NCBI GenBank assembly: GCA_965367815.1
Contig: CBDUKN010000024.1
Span: forward strand, 1-37,749
Reading direction: 5' to 3'
Source: an uncultured Thermoprotei archaeon
Lineage (GTDB): Archaea; Thermoproteota; Thermoprotei; Thermofilales; B15-G2
Length of the DNA stretch: 37,749 bases
Under the pieces are notes generated by a model. It was not told the DNA's origin, did not search any database, and worked only from the letters and a program-made list of their open reading frames with translations. Below are positions 28,651-37,749 of the stretch, one piece after another. Made by a program: the position numbers and the translations under genes. Positions within the stretch are counted from its first letter, which is position 1, and each line of letters starts with the position of its first letter.

Positions 28651-28984
28651 ATGAAAATAATTGCAGAAGTTAAAATCGATAGAAAATGGTAGAGTAGTTC
28701 TTCCAGCAAAACTGCGGAAAGCTGCAGGCATTAAAGAAGGAAAAGCTATAGCTATAGCATATCTCGGAAAAATAGTTATTCAGCAGCCTCGAGTAGATGA
28801 AAAAGAAATAGAAGAATGGTATAATAAAATGAAGCAAATAGTTTTAGAAGTAAAGAAAGTAGGAAAAGAAGTAAAATGGATGGAAGAAGAATATGTATGG
28901 AGAAAACTAGGATTGCGAAGCATTAGTGGATGTAAGAATTATAGTCGTAGCTCGTTTCAAACTCTCTCGAAGAAGACACACTGA
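28651..28984 (+). pseudogene. AbrB/MazE/SpoVT-type antitoxin (VapB-like), frameshifted
   Basis: ATG 28651 gives MKIIAEVKIDR. Removing one A at 28683-28686 continues as NGRVVLPAKLRKAAGIKEG, the AbrB signature. Confidence 0.75.
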
Positions 28985-29172
28985 AACTACTTAAGAAAAT
29001 TCCCACATCTAAATTAAAAGCATTAATGCCTCCTTAGTCATTCTTAGAAGCATCTCTAATAATGGCGAAGTATTTAAAGTTACCACTCAAAGACATAAAT
29101 GATAAATCAAAAAATAAAATAAAAGAATATAATAATCTAATAAATAGAATAAGAGGAAAACATAGAACATAG
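28913..29172 (+). pseudogene. Remnant of a PIN-domain (VapC-like) toxin
   Basis: 'EALVDVRIIVVARF', frameshift, then 'LKLLKKI...KALMPP*SFLEASLIMAKYLK' with an in-frame TAG at 29035-29037. C-terminal half is missing. Confidence 0.5.
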
Positions 29173-29334
29173 CCTCTAGAACATTTTACTTCTCTTATAT
29201 ATCTTCTATACATGACTATAGCGACAAAACATTAAAATGTAAAATACTCTCCATATCGGCTTTATTCTTCATCTAGGCTATTTTCTGATGTCCTTTTAGG
29301 TACTAATAATGCAATGAATTTATGTATTTTGTAT

Positions 29335-31293
29335 TTAGCTTTTTACTTTAAAGGACTCTGTGTCCTCATATTCTTTCTTAAAGAACTTTCTTTGTATCTT
29401 GAACACTTTCTCTTCTTCTACTTCTTCATCCGGAAAGCCTTCTAAAGCCTGGTAAATTACGGCTCCCTCGGCGTTCTTAGGAGCTCTTAAGCCTACAAGA
29501 TAACAGATAGTTGGGGCTATGTCTACTGCGTGCACAGTTCTCTTTAAGGTATAGCCTTTCTTTACTCCAGGCCCCTTCATTATTAGTAGGCCTTTAAGTG
29601 AGCCTATTCCGACTTCAGTTGTAGGCAGTTGGCCGTGATGTGAGCCGTACTCCGGCCTTAATGCGTAAACTACATCTCCTATACGTGGACCGTATAGTCC
29701 GAGAATTCGTGCATCTTCTTTTCTTAAGGCAAAGAGGAAAGGTCTTAGCCCTGTTTTAGGATCTATGTATCCGAGGAGAGCATTTATTATAGCTTCTCTG
29801 ACTTCTTCGTATTCCTCTAGACTAACAATACCGTGGCTAAACTTTTCCTTTAGATTAACGTATATCCAGGGGCCCTCCCACCCTGGAATAGCTTTAGACT
29901 TCGAGTAATCTATACTGCCGTCGTCTTTAAGAACTAGAAGACCTGCCTCGGCAAGTACTTGAGCAACATTAACTTCATAAATTCTAGGCTTTACTCCATG
30001 ATCTGAGACCACTACGATAAGGGCTTCTGGGCCCGCTGCTTCAAGTATTCTGCCTATTGCCTTATCTATAGCTTTATAGAACTCTATTTCGAGATTAACG
30101 AGCTTTCTAGCCTTTTTGTCTCCAACATACTTGGGATTCGACGGATCAATTATTTCGGGCTGAACTGCATAGTGGTAAAACCAGTCTGGTGCATGCATAT
30201 GTACTGCTACCAGCTTCCAGTCTCTAGTCTTCATTAAGTATGTCAGCACGTCTGAAAACCACTTGTGCTCCATTTCAACGAGCTCCAAGAAAGTTTTCTC
30301 ATCAAACCATCCCCAGCCAAGCCCGTCGTAGACTATATGTGATGGAAAAGCCAGCGGATTAACTTTTACAATTTCCTCTACAAGGTCCTCGGGATAAGTT
30401 GGAAAAGAAAGATTGCAGATAGGTGTAACGAAGAGTCTTACTCTTGAAGCATCTCTGCTAAGCTCGACGAGTTTGCATCTGAAAGCTCCCTTAACTTTCC
30501 CGTCGACTGTCTCGAATTCTTTTATAATAACTGGACTCCACTCGCCTTCTCTAAGTCTACACAAAGCTTTTTCGTAGTCCTTTTTCCATGAAACAGCGAG
30601 CTCAGTAAATCCTTCACCATAGTCTAGCACCAAAAAATACCAGGGACTCGGGCCTTTAACTTTAGCTAACTCTACTCCTCTTTTCCCGGCTCTTACACAG
30701 ACACTATACACCGGCTCAACTTCAGCCTCCAAGGCATCAGTGCAGCTCGGAAGATTTTCCCATCCACTAGCCTTCCTAAAAACTATTTTAGTAGAGTAAG
30801 GTAGGTCGAGGGTAGTGAAAAGCTGCCCGTCACATAAATCGGCTTCATAGAGTATTCCGCCTCTCCTCCACTCATTCATAGATAAACCATAGCCACCTAT
30901 CTGCCAACCTTGCTTAAAAGTTGGAGGCCAGCTACATGGCCAGTTAACGACAATAGAGCTACCCCCAGCTTCCTCGACAACATTCCAAAGGAATTCTGCT
31001 CTACAGAGCGAAGAGTCGAAAGCAGACCTTAAGTTTGTTAAATCTTCGCCTGGTAAATGTATACCAAATCCTGTTACGCCATGAGTACCTATATTAGCTC
31101 CAGTAATAATGCTAGTCCAGTTTTGCGGAGTGACCGTCGGATAAGAAGTTAGGAAATTCACTGCGTGTACTCCCTCCTTCATAAGCTTACTTAAATTCGG
31201 GAGAAAGCCCTTCCTAGAGTACTCGTAAACCCTGTAAGCGATCGGCGCGTCTAAACCAATAATAACAATTCTTTTAGGCTTCAAGCAAACCAC
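29335..31293 (-). CDS. Alkaline phosphatase superfamily protein (type I phosphodiesterase/nucleotide pyrophosphatase-like)
   Basis: 'IIGLDA', 'PTVTPQNWTSIITG' (Thr nucleophile), 'PDWFYH', 'VVSDHG', 'HG', 'VDIAPTI'. Confidence 0.88.
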   Translation of the reverse strand: MVCLKPKRIVIIGLDAPIAYRVYEYSRKGFLPNLSKLMKEGVHAVNFLTSYPTVTPQNWTSIITGANIGTHGVTGFGIHLPGEDLTNLRSAFDSSLCRAEFLWNVVEEAGGSSIVVNWPCSWPPTFKQGWQIGGYGLSMNEWRRGGILYEADLCDGQLFTTLDLPYSTKIVFRKASGWENLPSCTDALEAEVEPVYSVCVRAGKRGVELAKVKGPSPWYFLVLDYGEGFTELAVSWKKDYEKALCRLREGEWSPVIIKEFETVDGKVKGAFRCKLVELSRDASRVRLFVTPICNLSFPTYPEDLVEEIVKVNPLAFPSHIVYDGLGWGWFDEKTFLELVEMEHKWFSDVLTYLMKTRDWKLVAVHMHAPDWFYHYAVQPEIIDPSNPKYVGDKKARKLVNLEIEFYKAIDKAIGRILEAAGPEALIVVVSDHGVKPRIYEVNVAQVLAEAGLLVLKDDGSIDYSKSKAIPGWEGPWIYVNLKEKFSHGIVSLEEYEEVREAIINALLGYIDPKTGLRPFLFALRKEDARILGLYGPRIGDVVYALRPEYGSHHGQLPTTEVGIGSLKGLLIMKGPGVKKGYTLKRTVHAVDIAPTICYLVGLRAPKNAEGAVIYQALEGFPDEEVEEEKVFKIQRKFFKKEYEDTESFKVKS

Positions 31294-31423
31294 TAAATAT
31301 TATCTAATAAATACTAAATAAATACCTAAGTCACTCTCCGAAATAAACTCCATTAAATATATCTGCATCTAGGCTCATAGCAACAAGGTCAGCGTATATT
31401 ACTCTCCGATCGATATTCTATAC

Positions 31424-32335
31424 GTGAAATTAAGTAGTGAAAACATAGGGTATATAGTGACACTGACACTAGTACCAGATAGAGACTTTGCTATTACTGC
31501 TTGGAGCGGGAGTTTCGCAGTCAAAATAATATATGATATTTTTCACAGGAGAGGAGTAGACTTCGAGAAAAAAGCCCGTAAACCCTTCATAGCGTACCCA
31601 TTAATAGATTATGGCGGAAACTATATTATAACAGGAGTAGTCAAAAAGAAAGAAAACCTAATAGTACATGATAAAAAATACGGTACAAGAGTAATAAAGC
31701 AAGGCGAGCCATTTAAAGTAAAAATACTTCTATTAAGTGAAGAACTATTTCAAGAATTCACAAAAGCAGTAATAGAGGAAACAACACTAAAAGAGCCAGC
31801 AGCCCAATTAAATATAATATCAGTTAGTATAAATGAAGCATGGCTGCCGGACACGTCAAGTCTAGCAGATGACTACATATTTTCGCATTTAATTAAGTTA
31901 AAAGTACGGTTTCAGACACCAACATGCTTTATGTACCGTGGAAACGATATCTGCTATCCATCGCCAGTAAGATTCATTCTATCTGCATTAAAAACACTAT
32001 CTGAGTTAACAGGCATAGATACACAGCAAATAGTAGCGAAACTACATGCTTTAATAGAACTCATGGCACCTAGAATAAGAATAACTAGAAATGAAAGTAA
32101 AGTAAAAGTTCTGTCAGATTACAGGCGCATACTTGTAGATATAGGCGAAGGAAGACTACAGCCAGCTTTTACAGGAACATCAATATATCTTTTAAACCCT
32201 CGCCCACTTACACGTGAGCAGCTGAAAACAGTATTAACGGCAATAAAACTAGCTGAAATAACAGGAGTAGGAATTTCGAGAACAATAGGATTCGGTAAAA
32301 TAAGAATAGAGTCTATGATCCCAGTAAAATGCTAG
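31424..32335 (+). CDS. cas6: CRISPR-associated endoribonuclease Cas6 (RAMP)
   Basis: C-terminal G-rich loop 'GVGISRTIGFG', 'RFQTPT' strand, 'KPF', 'FTG'; 303 aa. Confidence 0.8.
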   Translation: MKLSSENIGYIVTLTLVPDRDFAITAWSGSFAVKIIYDIFHRRGVDFEKKARKPFIAYPLIDYGGNYIITGVVKKKENLIVHDKKYGTRVIKQGEPFKVKILLLSEELFQEFTKAVIEETTLKEPAAQLNIISVSINEAWLPDTSSLADDYIFSHLIKLKVRFQTPTCFMYRGNDICYPSPVRFILSALKTLSELTGIDTQQIVAKLHALIELMAPRIRITRNESKVKVLSDYRRILVDIGEGRLQPAFTGTSIYLLNPRPLTREQLKTVLTAIKLAEITGVGISRTIGFGKIRIESMIPVKC

Positions 32336-33096
32336 TCAAGTATATTTCCTGCAATAACTTCAATACCCAGCTCTAGAGCTCTCTCATAGGCTTCTCTATC
32401 AACATTAACTGCCACTATAAACACTTTCTCTACATGCTTACCCAGAATCTTTTCAACAACTTTAGCTTTCTCAATTAACTGCTCAGCATGATCTATTTCA
32501 GCCCTAGACTTAACTTCAATAACATAAACTTTATCATCGTGAACAAGTATATCTACATCAATTACTCTGCCCTTAATTCCCGTTACACTGCCATCTTTAT
32601 CCTTAAACTTAAATTTCTTGACTTTTCCTGGCTCAATACCCTTTCTCTCTAAAACCTCCCTAAATATTTCTAAAACAGTACGCTCAAGATCAAAGCCCCA
32701 GCGCCTACCCATGCTTCCAAGTGTAACTTCAATTTTCCTATTTAGTTTGAGAAAATCTTCACGCAAAGCATGAATCTCTGACATAATTTCATTGAACTTC
32801 TCGTCATGCTCATTGAGCTTTCTGCCATATTCCTTCAGAATACTTGTATGCTCTTCTAAAATTCTTACGCTCTCATATAGGATTTTTGTATGCTCTTCTA
32901 AAATTTTCGTATGTTTCTCTAATATTTCTCTATGTTCTTTTAACTCTTTTAGAATCTCGTAGAATTTCTTATCATATTCTTTAAATCTATTTAAAATACT
33001 TTTATAGCCTAGTAGCCCAGCTACAATAAGCCTAAACTCTTCATCTTCTTCAAGTAGCCTAAGTATCTCTTCTCTGAGAGATATCATTTCAAACAA
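32332..33096 (-). CDS. Coiled-coil heptad repeat + PD-(D/E)xK nuclease domain (DUF3782-like)
   Basis: 'ILRLLEEDEEFR', EHTKIL-type repeats, 'GRRWG', 'DVDILV...VIEVKS'. Confidence 0.85.
   Translation of the reverse strand: MFEMISLREEILRLLEEDEEFRLIVAGLLGYKSILNRFKEYDKKFYEILKELKEHREILEKHTKILEEHTKILYESVRILEEHTSILKEYGRKLNEHDEKFNEIMSEIHALREDFLKLNRKIEVTLGSMGRRWGFDLERTVLEIFREVLERKGIEPGKVKKFKFKDKDGSVTGIKGRVIDVDILVHDDKVYVIEVKSRAEIDHAEQLIEKAKVVEKILGKHVEKVFIVAVNVDREAYERALELGIEVIAGNILD
32835..32945 (-). repeat. Degenerate 21-nt tandem repeats encoding heptads (EHREILE/KHTKILE/EHTKILY/…/EHTSILK)
   Basis: Recurring 'tatgctcttctaaaatt'-like units in the DNA. Confidence 0.7.
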
Positions 33097-33305
33097 AATT
33101 AGTTACAGTATAATTTAAACTTATGGTGAGACTACGCTGAAATTACGTAAGTTAATAAAGTATATCACGAGAGAGGATATACGCTTTAAAGACACAAAAG
33201 AGCATGAAAACTACTTTAAGTTTAGTCGATATGACGATAATACTATGGTATATACCGTATGTTAGACGATTAATACTATATACCCCGGATAAAGGATAAA
33301 ACTAT

Positions 33306-34122
33306 ATGAGACTCAGAATTTCTACATACTCTTTCTGGCACTTCAGAGGTCAAAAAAGCCTCTAAAAGAATACTTGAAAGAAGCCTATACTTCGGATTCA
33401 AGGGAGTAGAGATACTAGTAGACCACGTAGAATCGACTACTCGAAGCTACCTCGGCGAAGTAAAGAAACTCGCTTTCCTGCTGGGACTTGACATATACGC
33501 TGTAGCAATACATTATGATTTCGTTCACCCAGATCCTTTCGAAAGAGAAAAATAGGTAAGGTATACGGAGAGATAGATCGAAATAGCTGCTCTACTAGGC
33601 TGCAAAGCAATAAGATTAAACTTTGGTAGATGGCGAACAATTCCTAGCTTCGACGACTTCATGAAAGCTAAGGGACTAGAACCGCCTCTATCAGGCTACA
33701 CTACAGAAGATGCATTCAAGTGGGTAGTAGAGTGCATTAACAAAGTGCTTCCAACTGCAGAAGACTGCGGCGTAGTACTTGCGCTAGAAAACCACTGGGG
33801 ATTGACAAGAGATGCTGAAGGAGTCTTGAGAATACTTAAAGAAGTAGACTCTCCTTGGCTAAAGGCGCTAATGGATACAGAAAACTTTATTGAAAACACT
33901 TATGAGCAATTAGAGAAAATAACACCTTACACTATACTAGTCCACGCGAAGACATATTTCGGCGGAGGCGAATGGTATACACTTGAAATAGATTACGATA
34001 AAGTATTCCAAGTACTAAGAAAACACGACTACAAAGGATGGATAACACTAGAATATGAAGGAAAAGAACTGTACGAAACAGGTATAAAGAAAAGCATGAA
34101 CCTTTTAACAAAATACCTCTAA
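33306..34122 (+). pseudogene. Sugar phosphate isomerase/epimerase (xylose isomerase-like TIM barrel) pseudogene
   Basis: ATG 33306 MRLRISTYSFWHF. Frameshifts near 33352-33357 and about 33390. In-frame TAGs at 33553 and 33574. Intact 3' half has 'LALENHWG', 'HAK', 'TLEYEG'. Confidence 0.85.
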
Positions 34123-34537
34123 GGATCTAATCCCCGTTTTCTCAGCCTACTATATATTTTCTCGGCTAAAAGAAGCACTCTCCTATAACTACGGCTACGC
34201 AAAATGTCTTCAACAATACGTATATCAACAGACAAATACTCGTGAACAACGATATTTCGAAACCCGACAACCGAACGATAAAAACTAAAGTCTTTTTCAT
34301 CAATAATACCTTCTCTCAACAAAATTTCACCAGCATTAACATAAGTAGACGGAACATAGCCTAGAAGAGAAGAAGCTCTTTGAAAAAGATCAATAGTAGC
34401 TGAGCCTGAATCTGAAGACCATGAAGATACTTCATTAAGTCTCCCCACTCATTTAAATTAAAGCCTCTTTCGACTTCACGATCAATATTTCGCGTATACT
34501 CCACTATAGCTCCCACAATCTTAGAAACTACTCCCAC
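34119..34537 (-). pseudogene. HEPN (DUF86/HepT) ribonuclease toxin, frameshifted near 34400
   Basis: 'GFRNIVVHEY' RxxxxH motif. The N-terminus (GTG 34537: MGVVSKIV...LHGLQIQAQ) is in a different frame from 'IDLFQRAS'. Confidence 0.8.
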
Positions 34538-34938
34538 GACTTCTTCACCTCCTTGACTGCAGCCTCGATGACTCCAAGCTTTTCTAAATCTCTTACAAAA
34601 TCAGAACTAATATTAATTAGTCTCAAAGAATCCTCAACAAACCACTCCCAGTCACGATAGTATATTACAACTCCTTTCTCAAAAATCTCTAAAACAAGCT
34701 GAGCAGGAGTCCTTTCATCTAAAACAACTAAATCAATATGATCCTCTCTAACACCTATAAAAGCAGCTAAACTACACAGCAAATTGACATACTTTTCAAA
34801 ACAATAGTCCTTAAACCTCACAGCTAAATCAATATCGTGAAAAACTCCGCCCTTAACAGCAGAACCAAACAATACTACATACTCAACACCGTACTTCTCC
34901 CACCTAAACTCCTTAAGCTTCTCCACAACCTTGACCAT
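34528..34938 (-). CDS. Minimal nucleotidyltransferase (MNT) antitoxin
   Basis: 'VLFGSAVKG...DIDLAV', 'IDLVVL'; overlaps the HEPN start. Confidence 0.85.
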   Translation of the reverse strand: MVKVVEKLKEFRWEKYGVEYVVLFGSAVKGGVFHDIDLAVRFKDYCFEKYVNLLCSLAAFIGVREDHIDLVVLDERTPAQLVLEIFEKGVVIYYRDWEWFVEDSLRLINISSDFVRDLEKLGVIEAAVKEVKKSWE

Positions 34939-35124
34939 ATTCTGTAAAAATTAAACACAAACATCTATAATCTTAACTATAACAAAAGCACCGCTTTTTC
35001 AATTAACGTTCAATTCTCAAGTATACCTAATAAAATAAATCAAAATAATCTTCAAAATATTAGATAAATTTCAAACCATATAGTAACAATCTACTACCCT
35101 ACAGCCATTAACTAATAGAATCCT

Positions 35125-35526
35125 TCATTTTCCACTAACTCCTCTTTTATCAAGCTCATCAATCATACTCTTCAAGCAGTCATATATAGTAACATAGCTG
35201 AATTCAGTTTTATGAGGATAAACATCTACGGCAACACCGCCCTCGTAAATCAACAATGCAGGAATTTCTCTACCAAAAAAGTATCCATCCTCATCTTCAC
35301 TCATAAATATCTCTCTAATTTCACACTTACTCATAAAAGATGCTCCAACAGCATCAAAATACAGACTCCTCACAGAGTTCTCATCTAGTCCAGAAGCATC
35401 AATAATTCGGCAAGAAACCCCTCTTTTATGTAGCTCACCTAAAAGCTCTAGCACCTTTTCAATATCCCTGTTTACTAAAATACTAACTGGTTTTATATCA
35501 CTATGGTATATGTAAACTAATTCCAT
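35125..35526 (-). CDS. Hypothetical protein
   Basis: 133-aa ORF with protein-like composition ('FFGREIPALLIY....DVYPH'); GAGGGAG upstream. Confidence 0.6.
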   Translation of the reverse strand: MELVYIYHSDIKPVSILVNRDIEKVLELLGELHKRGVSCRIIDASGLDENSVRSLYFDAVGASFMSKCEIREIFMSEDEDGYFFGREIPALLIYEGGVAVDVYPHKTEFSYVTIYDCLKSMIDELDKRGVSGK

Positions 35527-35751
35527 TACACTATAACTGCTCCCTCATATATATCTCTATTGTTCACGCATAGAAATAGAACTAATTTTATTGCAATTCT
35601 TTAAATAAACATAAATAGCATTTATTCATTATAAATATATTGAAAATACATCAATTATCAGCTAACACTTTTTAATCAAAGGTACTTTAGCATCTAATCA
35701 TAGAGTATAGAATATTATTTAGTGGACTTAGCTTAGCTATCTAGGAGACAC

Positions 35752-36498
35752 TTGACTACTAAAGTTAAGAAAACGGGTAAAGCACGAGTATATTTAATTC
35801 ATTACTTTCCAGTAGAAAACAGTATTGTAAGTGAAGTAGAAAACACTGTTGACAGAGTTTTAGGCGAAGAAAGCGAAGAATACGTCATCTACATATACTT
35901 GTATCCGAGTGAAGAACAGCTCTTCAGCCAACTCTACTTAAAAGCGCTAGAACACAATGTAAACGTTTTAGCGAAAAACATGCTAGCGTACCACGAAGCA
36001 TGGTCAGGTATACCCTGCATCCACTTACCCGTAAAAGAGCTACTTGAGTTAAATAAGTCTACGAGACTAGGTGTTATTGAACACGAAGTAGCCCACGCTA
36101 AGCTCCACGGAAACATAAAGTACTATTTAGCGCCGCCCGGCTACTTCAGCGACATAAACCTGCTTTACGCAGTATACTGTTCAGTAAAAGACTACGAAGT
36201 AGGAGAATACCTTAAGTCAAGAAACATTGTAGAGACTCAAGTAAACTTCATTGACTACATTTTAGCTACGTTAGAGCCCGAAGACTATTATAGTGCAGTA
36301 AAACTATGTGGGCTGCTACTGCCTTACCGCGAAAAAGTTTCTAGAACTAGAATTAGTATAATCGAAAATATACTTCAGCAAAATATACTCGTGCTAGAGA
36401 AAAAGTACATTGAAGCTTCCCAGAAAGATTTCTATGAGAAAGTAATCGAACTATATAGTTTCTTTGAGAAACTAAAGAAACTGAATAAGTCTCTTTAG
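35752..36498 (+). CDS. Zincin-like HExxH protein
   Basis: 'IEHEVAHAKLHG' with a downstream 'KDYEV'. TTG start preceded by AGGAG. Confidence 0.6.
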   Translation: MTTKVKKTGKARVYLIHYFPVENSIVSEVENTVDRVLGEESEEYVIYIYLYPSEEQLFSQLYLKALEHNVNVLAKNMLAYHEAWSGIPCIHLPVKELLELNKSTRLGVIEHEVAHAKLHGNIKYYLAPPGYFSDINLLYAVYCSVKDYEVGEYLKSRNIVETQVNFIDYILATLEPEDYYSAVKLCGLLLPYREKVSRTRISIIENILQQNILVLEKKYIEASQKDFYEKVIELYSFFEKLKKLNKSL

Positions 36499-37688
36499 CT
36501 ACTCACAGCAATTAGAAGACAGCGTGACTGTAGTGTAAAACACTTTAAGTCTTTTTCGCTTAAATCTATTTCTATTAAAGTTTTTTCTTTTGCTTTTACT
36601 TTAACGATAACTGTCTTAAACATATTCCCGTAAGATATTTTCAGTATATAGGTGCCCTCGGCAGCAGTAAAAGAGAATGAGCCACTACAGTTTGTTTTAA
36701 GCTCGAAGAGAGGTATGCGGTCGTTTCCAGGATAATATATTCGTATTTCTGCTCCGCAGACAAGAGCATTTTTCAGCAAAATTTTTCCTTCAACAATACC
36801 GTAGTCAGGCACATATCTAGGAGTAATATCTATCCAGCCCTTCACGGGATTAAATGCTTTCACTAAGTGGAAAGAATACCCCCACTTCTCCAGATATAGC
36901 TGAGAATAATTGAAGTAGCCTGCAGACGGGTCAGCGTGAATCCAGCCGTATCCCTCTATGTAGACTTCAGACCAAGCATGTGTCGCCGAAGTAATACTAT
37001 TGTCTCTAACAAGCCTCGCAGGTATACCCATTGACCTACACATAGCCACGTAGAGTATAGAGAAATTAGTACAAGTCCCTCTCTTAAGCTTAATGAGAAC
37101 TCTAGGAGAACGCCTGTGCCAGTAGTTCCAGTCATATGTCATGTACTTATGCACATAGAAGCAGAGATACTTCGCTGCCTCAAGAGCACTACTCTTATTG
37201 CAGACAAGTCTATACGTGAAAATATAGATTATATACTTCCAGTCCTCGACAGGCTCCTCACCAGAAATAGCCAGCGGCTCAACATACTCCTTCTTCAAAG
37301 AAAGTGAAGGAGGCCTATAAGGCATATAACCCTTCTTATAAAGAACAATGGCCTCCTCAACATACTTCCATTCACTCACATCAACCAGCAGCAATACAGC
37401 TACAGTGTCTGCATAATACTTAGGTGGAGCCTCACTAAGTATTTCAGCCGCAGTACGCCAATACTTTTCTTGAACATGAGTAAGAAGAATACTCAAAGGC
37501 ACTCTAGCTTCCCTATCAACACTACTTAAAACAGAGTATATTTCACTCCACTTAAATGGCCCTTTCTCTAAGAAAAGAGTGTAGACTTCCAGAGAATATG
37601 CGTTTAAAAACACTATGTAAACTAAAGGCGCCAAGAAATAAACTACAAGGATCCCTAAACTCACTAAAACAATATACTTGCGCTCCAC
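36495..37688 (-). CDS. Membrane-anchored transglutaminase-like cysteine protease with C-terminal carboxypeptidase-regulatory-like domain
   Basis: N-terminal TM. Catalytic triad motifs 'GTCTNFS', 'HAWSEVY', 'GWIHADPS'. Confidence 0.88.
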   Translation of the reverse strand: MERKYIVLVSLGILVVYFLAPLVYIVFLNAYSLEVYTLFLEKGPFKWSEIYSVLSSVDREARVPLSILLTHVQEKYWRTAAEILSEAPPKYYADTVAVLLLVDVSEWKYVEEAIVLYKKGYMPYRPPSLSLKKEYVEPLAISGEEPVEDWKYIIYIFTYRLVCNKSSALEAAKYLCFYVHKYMTYDWNYWHRRSPRVLIKLKRGTCTNFSILYVAMCRSMGIPARLVRDNSITSATHAWSEVYIEGYGWIHADPSAGYFNYSQLYLEKWGYSFHLVKAFNPVKGWIDITPRYVPDYGIVEGKILLKNALVCGAEIRIYYPGNDRIPLFELKTNCSGSFSFTAAEGTYILKISYGNMFKTVIVKVKAKEKTLIEIDLSEKDLKCFTLQSRCLLIAVSS

Positions 37689-37749
37689 AGATACTTTAAC
37701 TCAAATACAGCAGAAAAAACTATTCACAAAACACTAAACTCTGAACATG

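Noticed and set aside
33123-33265. Short open frame LKLRKLIKYITRED…VYTVC* after a GGTGAG motif
   Set aside because: Only a CTG start and no recognisable family; cannot be supported as a gene.
33233-33286. Imperfect direct repeat GACGAT(T)AATACTAT…TATACC near cas6 as a mini-CRISPR
   Set aside because: Only two degenerate copies with about 32-nt period, too short for repeat plus spacer, and no typical repeat terminus.
33553-33576. Two in-frame TAG codons in the sugar isomerase gene as possible amber recoding (pyrrolysine)
   Set aside because: The gene also has two frameshifts, the TAGs are single changes from CAG/TGG, TAG ends many intact genes here, and no pyl genes are present.
1-37749. tRNA, rRNA, transposase/integrase or provirus
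   Set aside because: No cloverleaf with a T-loop motif, rRNA-like segment, DDE/tyrosine recombinase ORF or terminal repeats were recognised by eye.

Overview
Archaeal chromosomal window. TATA-like boxes about 25 nt upstream of starts, GGTGA Shine-Dalgarno motifs, TrmB, V4R/roadblock and a DUF3782-type nuclease suggest Thermoprotei, possibly Thermofilales-like (inference). The centre (about 5.8-26.9 kb) is a carbohydrate-utilisation locus with a non-canonical transport apparatus: a TrmB sugar sensor, two OPT-like polytopic membrane proteins (one DUF6785/DUF6784-like), two paralogous surface proteins and one tiny protein sharing a coiled-coil+TM anchor, and a 1464-aa fusion of a degenerate M28-peptidase-like domain with a MacB/FtsX-type permease. 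No ABC ATPase or classical solute-binding protein is present in the window. Divergently transcribed are a GH130 phosphorylase, an uncharacterised membrane-anchored (alpha/alpha)-barrel protein and a phosphomannomutase, followed by a PfkB kinase and an L-fucose-isomerase-family enzyme. The left flank has V4R/roadblock, a URO-D-family protein, a DUF5678+aspartic protease pair, thuA, a K-turn small-RNA candidate, proC, a split HAD hydrolase and an unannotated secreted mini-ORF. The right flank is a decaying accessory/defence region: ArsR, broken VapBC and PIN genes, an alkaline-phosphatase-superfamily enzyme, orphan cas6, a PD-(D/E)xK nuclease, a sugar-isomerase pseudogene, MNT-HEPN, a zincin and a transglutaminase-like protein. 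No rRNA, tRNA, CRISPR array or transposase was recognised. All family calls come from motif recognition by eye, not database searches.
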